41,198 nucleotides of DNA from a virus (lineage: Duplodnaviria > Caudoviricetes), in IMG/VR virus record IMGVR_UViG_3300044723_002720, positions 1 through 41,198 of that record. One strand, given 5' to 3'. Below are positions 1 to 9,200 of the stretch, piece by piece. The translations under genes and the position numbers were made by a program. The notes beneath the pieces are model-generated. The model was not told where the DNA came from. It saw nothing but the letters and a program-made list of their open reading frames with translations, and ran no database searches. Position 1 is the first letter of the stretch; each line of letters begins with the position of its first letter.

Positions 1-1071
1 GGAACAGGCAACGCCTACAATCCCGAAGATGCCTTGAGGTTATACTTTCAAACAGGTAGTGTAATCGGTAGGTCATATACGCAGGATGGGGAGTTTAATA
101 ATGCAAGAGTTCCAATACAACAGCTAAACTCTAATAGTGGAGCAGGTAAGGCACAGATGTTGATATACAACTACAACCACTACCTAAACATGATTAGAAC
201 GGTAACAGGATTAAACGAAGCTAGAGATGCTTCGACTCCTGATGCTAATGCGTTAGTTGGATTACAGAAGCTAGCAGCATTAAATTCTAACACAGCTACA
301 AGACATATCCTTGATGGAAGTCTCTATATATTTAGAACAATATCTGAGGCTTTGACATACAGGATTGCAGACATTTTGGAGTATTCAGACTTCAAAGATG
401 ACTTTGTAAATAAGATAGGCAAGTACAATGTATCTATATTAGATAGCATCGCTGATTTGTATATCTATGACTTTGGAATCTTTATAGAGGTTGCACCTGA
501 TGAAGAGCAGAAGGCTATGTTGGAGCAAAACATTCAGATGGCTTTATCAAGAAATGATATTAACTTAGAGGATGCCATTGATATTAGAGAGGTTAAAAAT
601 TTAAAGGTAGCCAATCAGTTGTTGAAGCTAAAGCGTAAGTCTAAGATGGAAAGGGAGCAGCAGATGGCTATGCAGCAGCAGGCAATAGCTGCACAGCAAA
701 ATATGCAATCTCAGCAGATGGCAGCAGGTGTAGCTATGCAGAAAGCAGAAGCCGAAACCAATGGTAAGATTAAAGTCAAGCAGGCAGAGATAGCTTTTGA
801 GATTGAGAAGTTAAAGCAGGAGGCTGTATTGAAGAGTCAGTTGATGGCAGAGGAGTTCCAATACAATCAACAGATTTATAATATGCAGCAGTCATCTATC
901 CAAGATAGAGAAGTAAAAAAAGACGAAGAGAAAGCCAAAAGGATAAGCCAACAAAATACACAGCAGTCGAAATTAATTAATCAGAGAAAGAATAATCTTC
1001 CACCTATCAGGTTTGAATCTAACGAGGATAGCCTTGATGGTTTTGATTTAGCAGAGTTCTCTCCAAGATAA
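1..1071 (+). CDS. Portal protein, crAss-like (C-terminal part; 5' end lies outside the window)
   Basis: Frame 1 is open from base 1 (GTGNAYNPEDALRLYFQTGS...). It has a TGLNEARD..TP motif and a Gln-rich coiled-coil tail, and lies directly before scaffold and capsid genes. Confidence 0.85.
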   Translation, partial: GTGNAYNPEDALRLYFQTGSVIGRSYTQDGEFNNARVPIQQLNSNSGAGKAQMLIYNYNHYLNMIRTVTGLNEARDASTPDANALVGLQKLAALNSNTATRHILDGSLYIFRTISEALTYRIADILEYSDFKDDFVNKIGKYNVSILDSIADLYIYDFGIFIEVAPDEEQKAMLEQNIQMALSRNDINLEDAIDIREVKNLKVANQLLKLKRKSKMEREQQMAMQQQAIAAQQNMQSQQMAAGVAMQKAEAETNGKIKVKQAEIAFEIEKLKQEAVLKSQLMAEEFQYNQQIYNMQQSSIQDREVKKDEEKAKRISQQNTQQSKLINQRKNNLPPIRFESNEDSLDGFDLAEFSPR

Positions 1072-1151
1072 TATGATATGATTGTAATGTGTGTGTTGCT
1101 GTTCGTTATGGCGTGTATCGGAGCAACAGAAGACGATTAAAAATAATTTAC

Positions 1152-1159
1152 TAAATTTG
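1152..1159 (+). promoter_or_regulatory. Bacteroidota-type -7 promoter element (TAAATTTG)
   Basis: Exact TAnnTTTG match ending 7 nt before the scaffold ATG. No clear -33 TTTG. Confidence 0.55.
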
Positions 1160-1166
1160 TAATCAA

Positions 1167-2261
1167 ATGGAATTAAAAGTTAGAGAAGTAAGTGTAGATG
1201 AAAAGTCTGTTCAAGAGGTTGAACAAGAACTTATCGAAAAGCACGAACAAGAATTAAACGAAGATATAGACTCAACGGAGTCTGTAGAACAAGAAAGTCC
1301 TGTAGAGGAGCAAGTTGTTGAAGAAGAAAGTCCTAAAGAGTTTGGCGATGATGATGTGCTTGAGTATATCAAGAATCGTTACAACAGAGAACTATCTTCT
1401 ATTGATGAGTTGTTCGAGGAGAAGGTAGTAAACCAAGAACTTCCCGAAGATGTTGCTGCGTACTATGAGTACAAGCAAAAGACAGGAAGGAGTATGGATG
1501 ACTACATCAAACTCAACAGGGATTTTGACAGCATGGATGATAACCAACTTCTAAAAGAGTTCTACATAGCAAATGGCGATGCCTTTGATATGGAGGATGT
1601 AGAGTTGTTGATGTCTGAGTTTTCATACGATGATGATTTGGATGACGATAAGGACATCAAGAGAAAGAAGTTGGCAAAGAAAAGAGTTGTTAAGCAGGCT
1701 AAAAGTTTCTTCAACGAGCAAAAGCAGATGTATAAAGAACCCCTTGAGTCAAGTACGGTTCAAAAGTCTGAAAGCGAGCAGCAAGAAATTGAAGCCTATC
1801 GACAATACATAGAGCAGTCTAAGACTTATGAGGAGGAGGTTAAAAGAAAGCGTGAATGGTTTGAGAAGAAAACCAACGAGGTGTTTAACGATTTCAAAGG
1901 TTTTGATTTCAATTTGGGAGACACCACGATCAGCTATAAACCTTCTACTGCTGATGAAATTAAGAAGTCTCAACTGTCGCCACAAAACTTTATTGCAAAG
2001 TATTTGGATGACAATGGGATGATGAATGATGCAGCAGGCTATCATAAAGCATTAGCTGTAGCTATGAATCCTGAAAAGTTTGCTAAGTTCTTTTATGAGC
2101 AAGGTGCAGCGAGTGCAACAGAGGATGTTACTCGCAAGATTAAAAACATCCAAATGGATGAGAGGAAAGCACCCGAAGTCACTAAGAAGGGTGGAACGCA
2201 ATATCGTTCCGTAAGCGACAATTCGGGAAGAGGTTTAAAAATTAAAAGTAAACGAAAGTAA
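1167..2261 (+). CDS. Putative capsid scaffolding/assembly protein
   Basis: Very acidic, helical-looking 364 aa protein with a basic C-terminus, between portal and capsid genes. Confidence 0.65.
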   Translation: MELKVREVSVDEKSVQEVEQELIEKHEQELNEDIDSTESVEQESPVEEQVVEEESPKEFGDDDVLEYIKNRYNRELSSIDELFEEKVVNQELPEDVAAYYEYKQKTGRSMDDYIKLNRDFDSMDDNQLLKEFYIANGDAFDMEDVELLMSEFSYDDDLDDDKDIKRKKLAKKRVVKQAKSFFNEQKQMYKEPLESSTVQKSESEQQEIEAYRQYIEQSKTYEEEVKRKREWFEKKTNEVFNDFKGFDFNLGDTTISYKPSTADEIKKSQLSPQNFIAKYLDDNGMMNDAAGYHKALAVAMNPEKFAKFFYEQGAASATEDVTRKIKNIQMDERKAPEVTKKGGTQYRSVSDNSGRGLKIKSKRK

Positions 2262-2275
2262 AAAAGTAAATAATT

Positions 2276-3694
2276 ATGGCAGGTCAAGTACAGGCAACGC
2301 CAACATATGCGTTGCAACCATCGGCACAGCAAGTGCCTACGGACACTAACTACATTACCAACTTCGACTTCTTGAATCAGTATCTACCTGATACTTATGA
2401 GAAAGAATTTGAAAGATATGGTAATCGTACAATCTCTTCATTCCTTCGTATGGTAGGAGCAGAGATTCCTTCAAACTCTGACTTAGTAAAGTGGGCAGAG
2501 CAAGGTCGTCTTCACATTAAGTACACTAATTGTACATCAACACTTTTAACAAATTCACCAATAGCTACATTCACAATTAATGATGTGGGTGTTCCTGCGT
2601 TTGGTACTAACAATGCTATTGCATTGAGAGTAGGACAAACAATCATGGTTGTTCGTAACGATGGTGCAGGGTCTAACAAGGCAATCATTACAGGAGTTAA
2701 TACAGGAGCAGGTACTATTGATGTTTCTTTCTATGAAGCAGCAGGTTTCACTAATGCTGTTGTTGATGTGCATACAATCTTTATCTATGGTTCTGAGTTC
2801 CAAAAAGGAACAGCAGGTATGCAAGGAAGTCTTGAAGCTGACGATGAAATCTTCGAGAACTCTCCAATTATCTTGAAAGACAAGTACGCTGTAAACGGTT
2901 CTGATATGGCTCAAATCGGTTGGGTAGAAGTAACCACTGAGAACGGAGCAACAGGCTACCTATGGTACTTGAAGTCTGAGCATGAGACTCGTCTTCGTTT
3001 TGAGGATTACTTAGAGACTTCAATGATTGAGGCAGTTCCTGCCGAAGCAACATCAGGTGCATTAGCAGAAGGTCTTAAAGGTTCTGAGGGTATCTTCTAT
3101 ACAGTATCACAAAGAGGTAATGTTTGGTCAGGTGGTAATCCTACAACTCTCTTAGAATTTGATACAATCATCTCTCGCCTTGACAAGCAAGGTGCTATTG
3201 AGGAGAATGTAATCTTCGTTGACAGAGACTTCGGGTTCGACATTGACGATATGTTAGCAGAGCAGAACTCTTACGGTGGTGGTGGTACATCATACGGTTT
3301 GTTCGACAACGATGAGAACATGGCATTGAATCTAGGATTCACAGGATTCCGTAGAGGATATGACTTCTACAAGTCTGATTGGAAATACTTGAACGACCCA
3401 ACTATGCGTGGAGGACTACCTACAGGTGCAGGTTCAGGTCGTGTGAATGGTCTATTAGTACCTGCTGGTACAACAAGCGTATACGACCAAGTTCTTGGTA
3501 AGAACGCTAAGAGACCTTTCCTTCATGTTCGTTATCGTGCTTCTCAAACAGAAGACCGTAAGATGAAGACTTGGATTACAGGTTCAGCAGGTGGTGCAGC
3601 TACATCTGATTTAGATGCTATGGAAGTAAACTTCCTATCTGAAAGATGTGTATGTACTATGGGTGCAAACAACTTCTTCTTATTTGAGGAGTAA
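2276..3694 (+). CDS. Major capsid protein
   Basis: 472 aa, follows portal and scaffold, codon choice typical of high expression (ttc, aac, ggt, cgt), followed by a strong terminator. Sequence resembles MCPs of crAss-related Bacteroidota phages. Confidence 0.85.
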   Translation: MAGQVQATPTYALQPSAQQVPTDTNYITNFDFLNQYLPDTYEKEFERYGNRTISSFLRMVGAEIPSNSDLVKWAEQGRLHIKYTNCTSTLLTNSPIATFTINDVGVPAFGTNNAIALRVGQTIMVVRNDGAGSNKAIITGVNTGAGTIDVSFYEAAGFTNAVVDVHTIFIYGSEFQKGTAGMQGSLEADDEIFENSPIILKDKYAVNGSDMAQIGWVEVTTENGATGYLWYLKSEHETRLRFEDYLETSMIEAVPAEATSGALAEGLKGSEGIFYTVSQRGNVWSGGNPTTLLEFDTIISRLDKQGAIEENVIFVDRDFGFDIDDMLAEQNSYGGGGTSYGLFDNDENMALNLGFTGFRRGYDFYKSDWKYLNDPTMRGGLPTGAGSGRVNGLLVPAGTTSVYDQVLGKNAKRPFLHVRYRASQTEDRKMKTWITGSAGGAATSDLDAMEVNFLSERCVCTMGANNFFLFEE

Positions 3695-3727
3695 AATTGA
3701 TTATACTACAGATTTTATAATAATGAC

Positions 3728-3770
3728 AGGATTGATGGAGTGTCTTCAAAGACACTCCTAATCCTTTTTA
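3728..3770 (+). terminator. Intrinsic terminator after the MCP, built around one copy of the 18-bp palindrome (3739-3756)
   Basis: AGGATT-GAT-GGAGTGTCTT-CA-AAGACACTCC-T-AATCCT followed by TTTT. Confidence 0.7.
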
Positions 3771-3787
3771 AATTAAATTAAATTCAA

Positions 3788-4525
3788 ATGAAAAGAGAAA
3801 TAAAAGACCGTACCTATCGGTTGACAAGAGGTTCAGCACCTCTAACATTTATCCTTCCATCAAGAAACTCAAGAAGGTCTCCACTAATGTACTTTGACGA
3901 AGATAAGAATGAGAACAGGGTACTAAGGTATGCCTCTAATCAAAAGAGCATATTCGAGGATGAGCAGGATGGCAACGCTATTATCTCTCCAATTATCTTT
4001 GAGGATGGATTCCTTACAGTTCCAAGAAACAATCCAACGCTACAGGAGTTCCTTTACTACCATCCAATGAATGGAAGAAAGTTTGAAGAGGTGGACAATG
4101 AGAAGGATGCTAAAGAAGAATTAGATTATCTTGAGATGGAGATTGATGCTTTATCTACAGCTAAAGATTTAACTATCGAGCAGGCAGAAGCAGTTGGTAG
4201 AATATTGCTTTCATCTAATGTAGCTAATATGACTACTGCCGAATTGCGTAGAGATTTAATGGTTTATGCAAGGAGGGATGCACAAGGCTTTATGGCAGCA
4301 GTAACAAATCCTGAGTTACAGCTAATGTCTAAGATTAATAAGTTTATAGATGAGAAATTAATTTCAATCCGTAACAATGGGAGAGATGTACATTACAACC
4401 TAAAGGATAATAAGAAAAGGTTAGTGGCTGTTCCATTTGGAGATGAAACTGTAAGTTTCTTGGCATCATACTTTAAGAGTGATGAGGGCGTTGAAGTCCT
4501 TGAGTTCTTAGAGAAGCAGATTTAG
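3788..4525 (+). CDS. Hypothetical protein of the head/virion module
   Basis: 245 aa ORF with an A-rich start context in the late operon. Confidence 0.7.
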   Translation: MKREIKDRTYRLTRGSAPLTFILPSRNSRRSPLMYFDEDKNENRVLRYASNQKSIFEDEQDGNAIISPIIFEDGFLTVPRNNPTLQEFLYYHPMNGRKFEEVDNEKDAKEELDYLEMEIDALSTAKDLTIEQAEAVGRILLSSNVANMTTAELRRDLMVYARRDAQGFMAAVTNPELQLMSKINKFIDEKLISIRNNGRDVHYNLKDNKKRLVAVPFGDETVSFLASYFKSDEGVEVLEFLEKQI

Positions 4526-4558
4526 AATAATATCATTCGCATATATTCCTTTTTTGTG

Positions 4559-4592
4559 GAAGTGGGTTGTAAGAAACTCACTTCTTTTTTTT
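4559..4592 (+). terminator. Intrinsic terminator
   Basis: GAAGTGGGTT/AACTCACTTC stem (one G.U) followed by T8. Confidence 0.8.
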
Positions 4593-4595
4593 GCT

Positions 4596-4603
4596 TATCT
4601 TTG
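4596..4603 (+). promoter_or_regulatory. Bacteroidota-type -7 element (TATCTTTG)
   Basis: Exact TAnnTTTG just after the terminator and 16 nt before the next ATG. Confidence 0.6.
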
Positions 4604-4619
4604 TACAAAGACTTAGTAT

Positions 4620-5345
4620 ATGATAAACTCTGTAAGAAATACAGTATTGGCTATACTCAATAAGAACAACTATGGATATATTTCTCCATCAGACTTTAAC
4701 CTGTTTGCAAAGCAGGCACAGATGGATATATTCGAGGACTACTTTACGACATATAACTACTATATAAGCAAGAAGAACGCAAGGCAGTCGGGAACAGGGT
4801 ACGCTGATATTCAGAAGGGAATAGAAGAGGTTATAGATTACTTCTCCTTAGAGAAAGACTTGACGCACGATGCAGCAAACAAGTTCTTCTTACCATCTCC
4901 AACAACAACAGGAGAGGACTACTACTTTATTAATAAGGTTTTGGTTATTGGAACGAATACGGTTGAGGCAGAGAATGTTTCTAATAAGAACATTACTATG
5001 CTTACCAACTCTTTACTAACGAGTCCAACGGAATTGTTCCCTGCATATAGTCAAGAGGGAAACTTTATCTATCTATATCCTAATACCATAAATACACAGG
5101 GCGATGTAAGGGCGCAGTATATTAGATACCCTAAAGACCCTAAGTGGACATATGTATCTCTATCAGGTGGAGAGCCATCATTTGACCAATCACAGCCTGA
5201 CTACCAAGACTTTGAACTTCCTTTGGATGATGAGAACAACTTGGTAAACAAGATACTTCAATATGCAGGTATGAGTATCAGAGAGATTCAAACGGTACAA
5301 TTCGCACAGGCAGAAGAACAGATTGATAGTAACGAACTAAAATAA
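4620..5345 (+). CDS. Tail ring / head-tail adaptor protein (P22 gp4-like, crAss ring protein type)
   Basis: 241 aa with N-terminal LNK..GYI.P.DFN.FA.QAQ and Y.R.P..P.W.Y motifs. Synteny between capsid and muzzle genes. Confidence 0.65.
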   Translation: MINSVRNTVLAILNKNNYGYISPSDFNLFAKQAQMDIFEDYFTTYNYYISKKNARQSGTGYADIQKGIEEVIDYFSLEKDLTHDAANKFFLPSPTTTGEDYYFINKVLVIGTNTVEAENVSNKNITMLTNSLLTSPTELFPAYSQEGNFIYLYPNTINTQGDVRAQYIRYPKDPKWTYVSLSGGEPSFDQSQPDYQDFELPLDDENNLVNKILQYAGMSIREIQTVQFAQAEEQIDSNELK

Positions 5346-5351
5346 TAAGTA

Positions 5352-6275
5352 ATGGCATATATAACTGCATATCAGTATTATGAGAATGGAGGTGTAGCAC
5401 CTACAGATTCTAATTGGGGTTCATACCAATATGTCAGTCTGTTTGATATTGTCAACAATTTTATGTTGATGTATCATGGCAATAGCAGCCTTATTAATAA
5501 TGAACCAAGATACAAGATTCTATTCCACGCAAAAAGGGGAATACAGGAGTTGAACTACGATGCGTTCAAGGAGGTAAAGATTTTGGAATTAGATGTATGT
5601 GATAATCTTAGATTTATTCTACCTCCCGATTATGTGAATTGGGTTAGAATATCTATGTATAAAAATGGAACATTATATCCATTAAGCGAAAACATCCAAA
5701 CAAATTGGAGTGGTGCATATCTACAAGACAATGATTGTAATATCTTGTTTGATGAGAATGGCAATGTCCTTAAACCCGAAGAATCAAAACTTGACTTAGA
5801 TAGAGTTACAGGTCAAAAGAAGTCTATATACCTAAACCAAAACAGTCAGTTTAATGGCATGGAGGGGTATTGCTATAATGGGGATTGGTACTTTGACTAT
5901 ACTCTTGGTTCAAGATTTGGCTTAAATACAGAGACTGCAAACATAAATCCAACCTTTAGTATTGACAGAAAAGGTGGTGTGATAAACTTCTCATCAGGAA
6001 TGGCAGGAGAGTTGTGTGTGCTTGAGTATGTATCTGATGGCATGGAAAGTGGAGACAACTCTAAGATAACTGTAAATAAATTATTCGAGGATTATATCTA
6101 TGCGTACATTGAGTATGCAATCCTCAACTCTAAACTTGGTGTGCAGGAGTATGTGGTAAATAGAGCAAGGAGAAGAAAGACAGCACTTCTAAGAAACGCA
6201 AAGATAAGATTGAGCAATATACATCCGAGTAGACTTCTTATGAATCTTAGAGGTCAAAACAAGTGGCTAAAGTAA
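5352..6275 (+). CDS. Second ring/adaptor-type structural protein
   Basis: 307 aa with FHAKRGIQELNYD, LPPDYVNWVR and LEYVSDG motifs, 1 nt before the muzzle gene. Confidence 0.6.
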   Translation: MAYITAYQYYENGGVAPTDSNWGSYQYVSLFDIVNNFMLMYHGNSSLINNEPRYKILFHAKRGIQELNYDAFKEVKILELDVCDNLRFILPPDYVNWVRISMYKNGTLYPLSENIQTNWSGAYLQDNDCNILFDENGNVLKPEESKLDLDRVTGQKKSIYLNQNSQFNGMEGYCYNGDWYFDYTLGSRFGLNTETANINPTFSIDRKGGVINFSSGMAGELCVLEYVSDGMESGDNSKITVNKLFEDYIYAYIEYAILNSKLGVQEYVVNRARRRKTALLRNAKIRLSNIHPSRLLMNLRGQNKWLK

Positions 6276-6276
6276 T

Positions 6277-9200
6277 ATGGCAAATTATCAAAGAAATTTT
6301 GTATTAGGTAAAATGAATAAGGACACCGACCAACGCCTTATTCGTAATGGAGAATACATTGATGCAATAAATATTAGGATTGGTTCAGAGGAAACCAACT
6401 CCGAGATAGGTGCTGTATCTAATGTGAAGGGTAATACCAAGTTGACTACTCTGATGTTTGATGGAGTAGAACTATCTTCTAATGCAAGATGTATAGGTGC
6501 ATATGAGGATGGGGAGGCAGAGACTATCTATTGGTTTATTCACGACAATAATTTTGTTTCGAGTAATACAGGTAAGATAGATATGATAGTATCGTTTGAC
6601 ACTAAGACATCTGCCCTTACATACCATATAGTATCTGTAGATGATGGTAGTGGTGTTAACACCACGCTTAACTTTGATGAGCAGTATCTAATTACAGGAG
6701 TAGATTTGGTTGATGACTTGTTGTTTTTTACGGACAACCTAAACCCACCAAGAAAAATAAATGTAACTAAGGCTTATACCCAACCTGTCAATGTTACTTC
6801 TACTGATGGTATTATAGCAGAGCAGTTGTTGGTTTTAAAAAGACCACCTACAAACTCTCCAATAATACAGCCTGTAGAAACATTTACTCAAAATAATTTC
6901 CTTGAAGAAAGGTTTGTATCGTTTGCGTATAGATATAGATATGAGGATGGCGAGTATTCAGCTACATCTCAGTTCTCTGAGCCTTCATTTATCCCAAATG
7001 TATTTAAGTTTACAACTGATGCTTTCTTAAATGAGGGAATGGTAAACATTACCAATGCTTGTGTTATTACATACAACGCAGGTGGTTTCTTGGTTAAGAG
7101 TGTGGAGTTGTTGTTCAAGGATATGAACACAGGTATCATCAAAGTTATAGAGGAACTTGATAAGAGTGAATTGGGATTGGTTGACAATACAGACTACACA
7201 TTTACATTTAGCAATAGCAAAATATTTACCGTATTGCCTGATAGCGAAATACTTAGGTTGTATGACAATGTACCAAGATTGGCGCAGGCACAAACAATCA
7301 TGGGTAATCGCTTGGTGTATGGTAATTATGTTGATGGATATAATTTGGTTGATGTTGCAGGTAATGCCACCAAACTAGAGTATGTTGCTGAACTTGTTAC
7401 AAATGAAGTAGGCAGCCTTGATATTGATGGAACTACATCTATAGGAACATATAGTATAAATGGAACACAAAATATATCTGATTCTATTTTAAATATAGAT
7501 TTAGATGGAGTTGAATTAAAAATAGGCTCTCTTCTTTCAATAACTATTAGGTTTTCTCATAGCACATTTACAGGAGACACACCTCCTCCTGTTCAAACCA
7601 CTACAACTACAGAAATAAACTTTGTATATACACTACAACAAAACTTTAATAGTGTTTTTGAATTAGCTAATGATACAGATTTTATAGAGAAAATAGGTAC
7701 AGCATTGAACATACAAACAGTTGACGATGCTTGTATTGGAACTACATTTACAGATGTATTTAACTGTTCCATACCAACTAATTTAGATTCTCTAACAAAA
7801 TATCAGAGTGGTATTACGGCAGTTAACGAGCCAATATCTATTATATCTAGCACATCTTCTACTGTAATAGGATTGCAACTACCTGCTATGAGGTTTGTTG
7901 ATAATATTGTTACACCAACATTTAATGTGTATGAGTATTATGGTATTGTTGCTTCTGAAATTCAATTTGTTGAGACAGGTTCTCCAAAAAGTTTGCATAG
8001 TAATAGAGGATATGAGGTTGGTATTGTGTATATGGATGAATATAATCGTTCAACTACAGCTTTAGTTAGTGCGACAAATAACATTCATGTTCCTTGTTCC
8101 AACTCTGATTTACAAAATAAGATTAGAGTAACAATACCTAACACACAGATTGCTCCATATTGGGCATCAAGATATAAGTTTGTAATTAAGCCTGATAAGG
8201 AAAATTATGAGACTATATATTCTAATATATTCTTTAACGATACACAATCTGATTCCGAGTGGTTATTGCTTGAGGGGGAGAACACAAGGAAGGCTGAAGT
8301 TGGAGATAGACTTATAGTTAAGGCAGACACAAATGGAGCATTAAATAGATGTGCTTATACAACCATATTAGATAAGGGTTCTAAAGAGGAAAACTTCTTG
8401 TCTCCTCCTCCTGTCGATGAAGATGGAGATGAGTTGTATGTTCCATCAGGCGTTTATGTTAAAGTGAAGTCAAATGATTTCTCTGCTGTATTGTATAAGT
8501 ATACACAGACAGATTCGGGATTCCAAGAAATAACTGTAGGGAAATGGGCAACAGCAGAATATCCAAAACTACAGCTAACAGTAAATGAATACGATGGCAC
8601 AACATACTTTGATGAGCCAATACCAACAGGTTCACAAATAGATTTATATTTTAGAACCTTTAGAGAAGGAGGTAGTGGCTGTGGGGCAGGTGCGTGTGAA
8701 CTAAGAGAATTTGAATTTGATGTTGTTCTTACTGCATCGGAAGATTATGATAATCTATATGATTTCTTTGTAGGAGATAATGTGATAGATATAATAAATG
8801 CTCAAGGGTATGCTAATGCAGGATGTGGAAGCACTCCTCCTAATTGTGTATTTACTGACACCATAATAGACCAAGAAGATTATATTACTGAGGAGGCTAT
8901 GTTAGATGCTGTAATACCATCTACAGGAACTAATAATCTTCAATTTCTTAGATTCGACAATGATAAACTTCAACTTGTAATAACAGGAACAAGAGCCTGT
9001 GGTATTAGAGATAAATTAAATTCAAGTGTTGAAGGTAGAGTTATCATAACAAGAAGAAATAACTTGCTTGTATTTGAAACAGAGCCACAAGATGCTTTGC
9101 CTGATTTATGGTATGAGTCATCGACATCATATCCAATAACAGGTGGATTCCATGAAGGTAATGTACAGAACCAAACAGCTTCACAATCGGCAATAATAGA

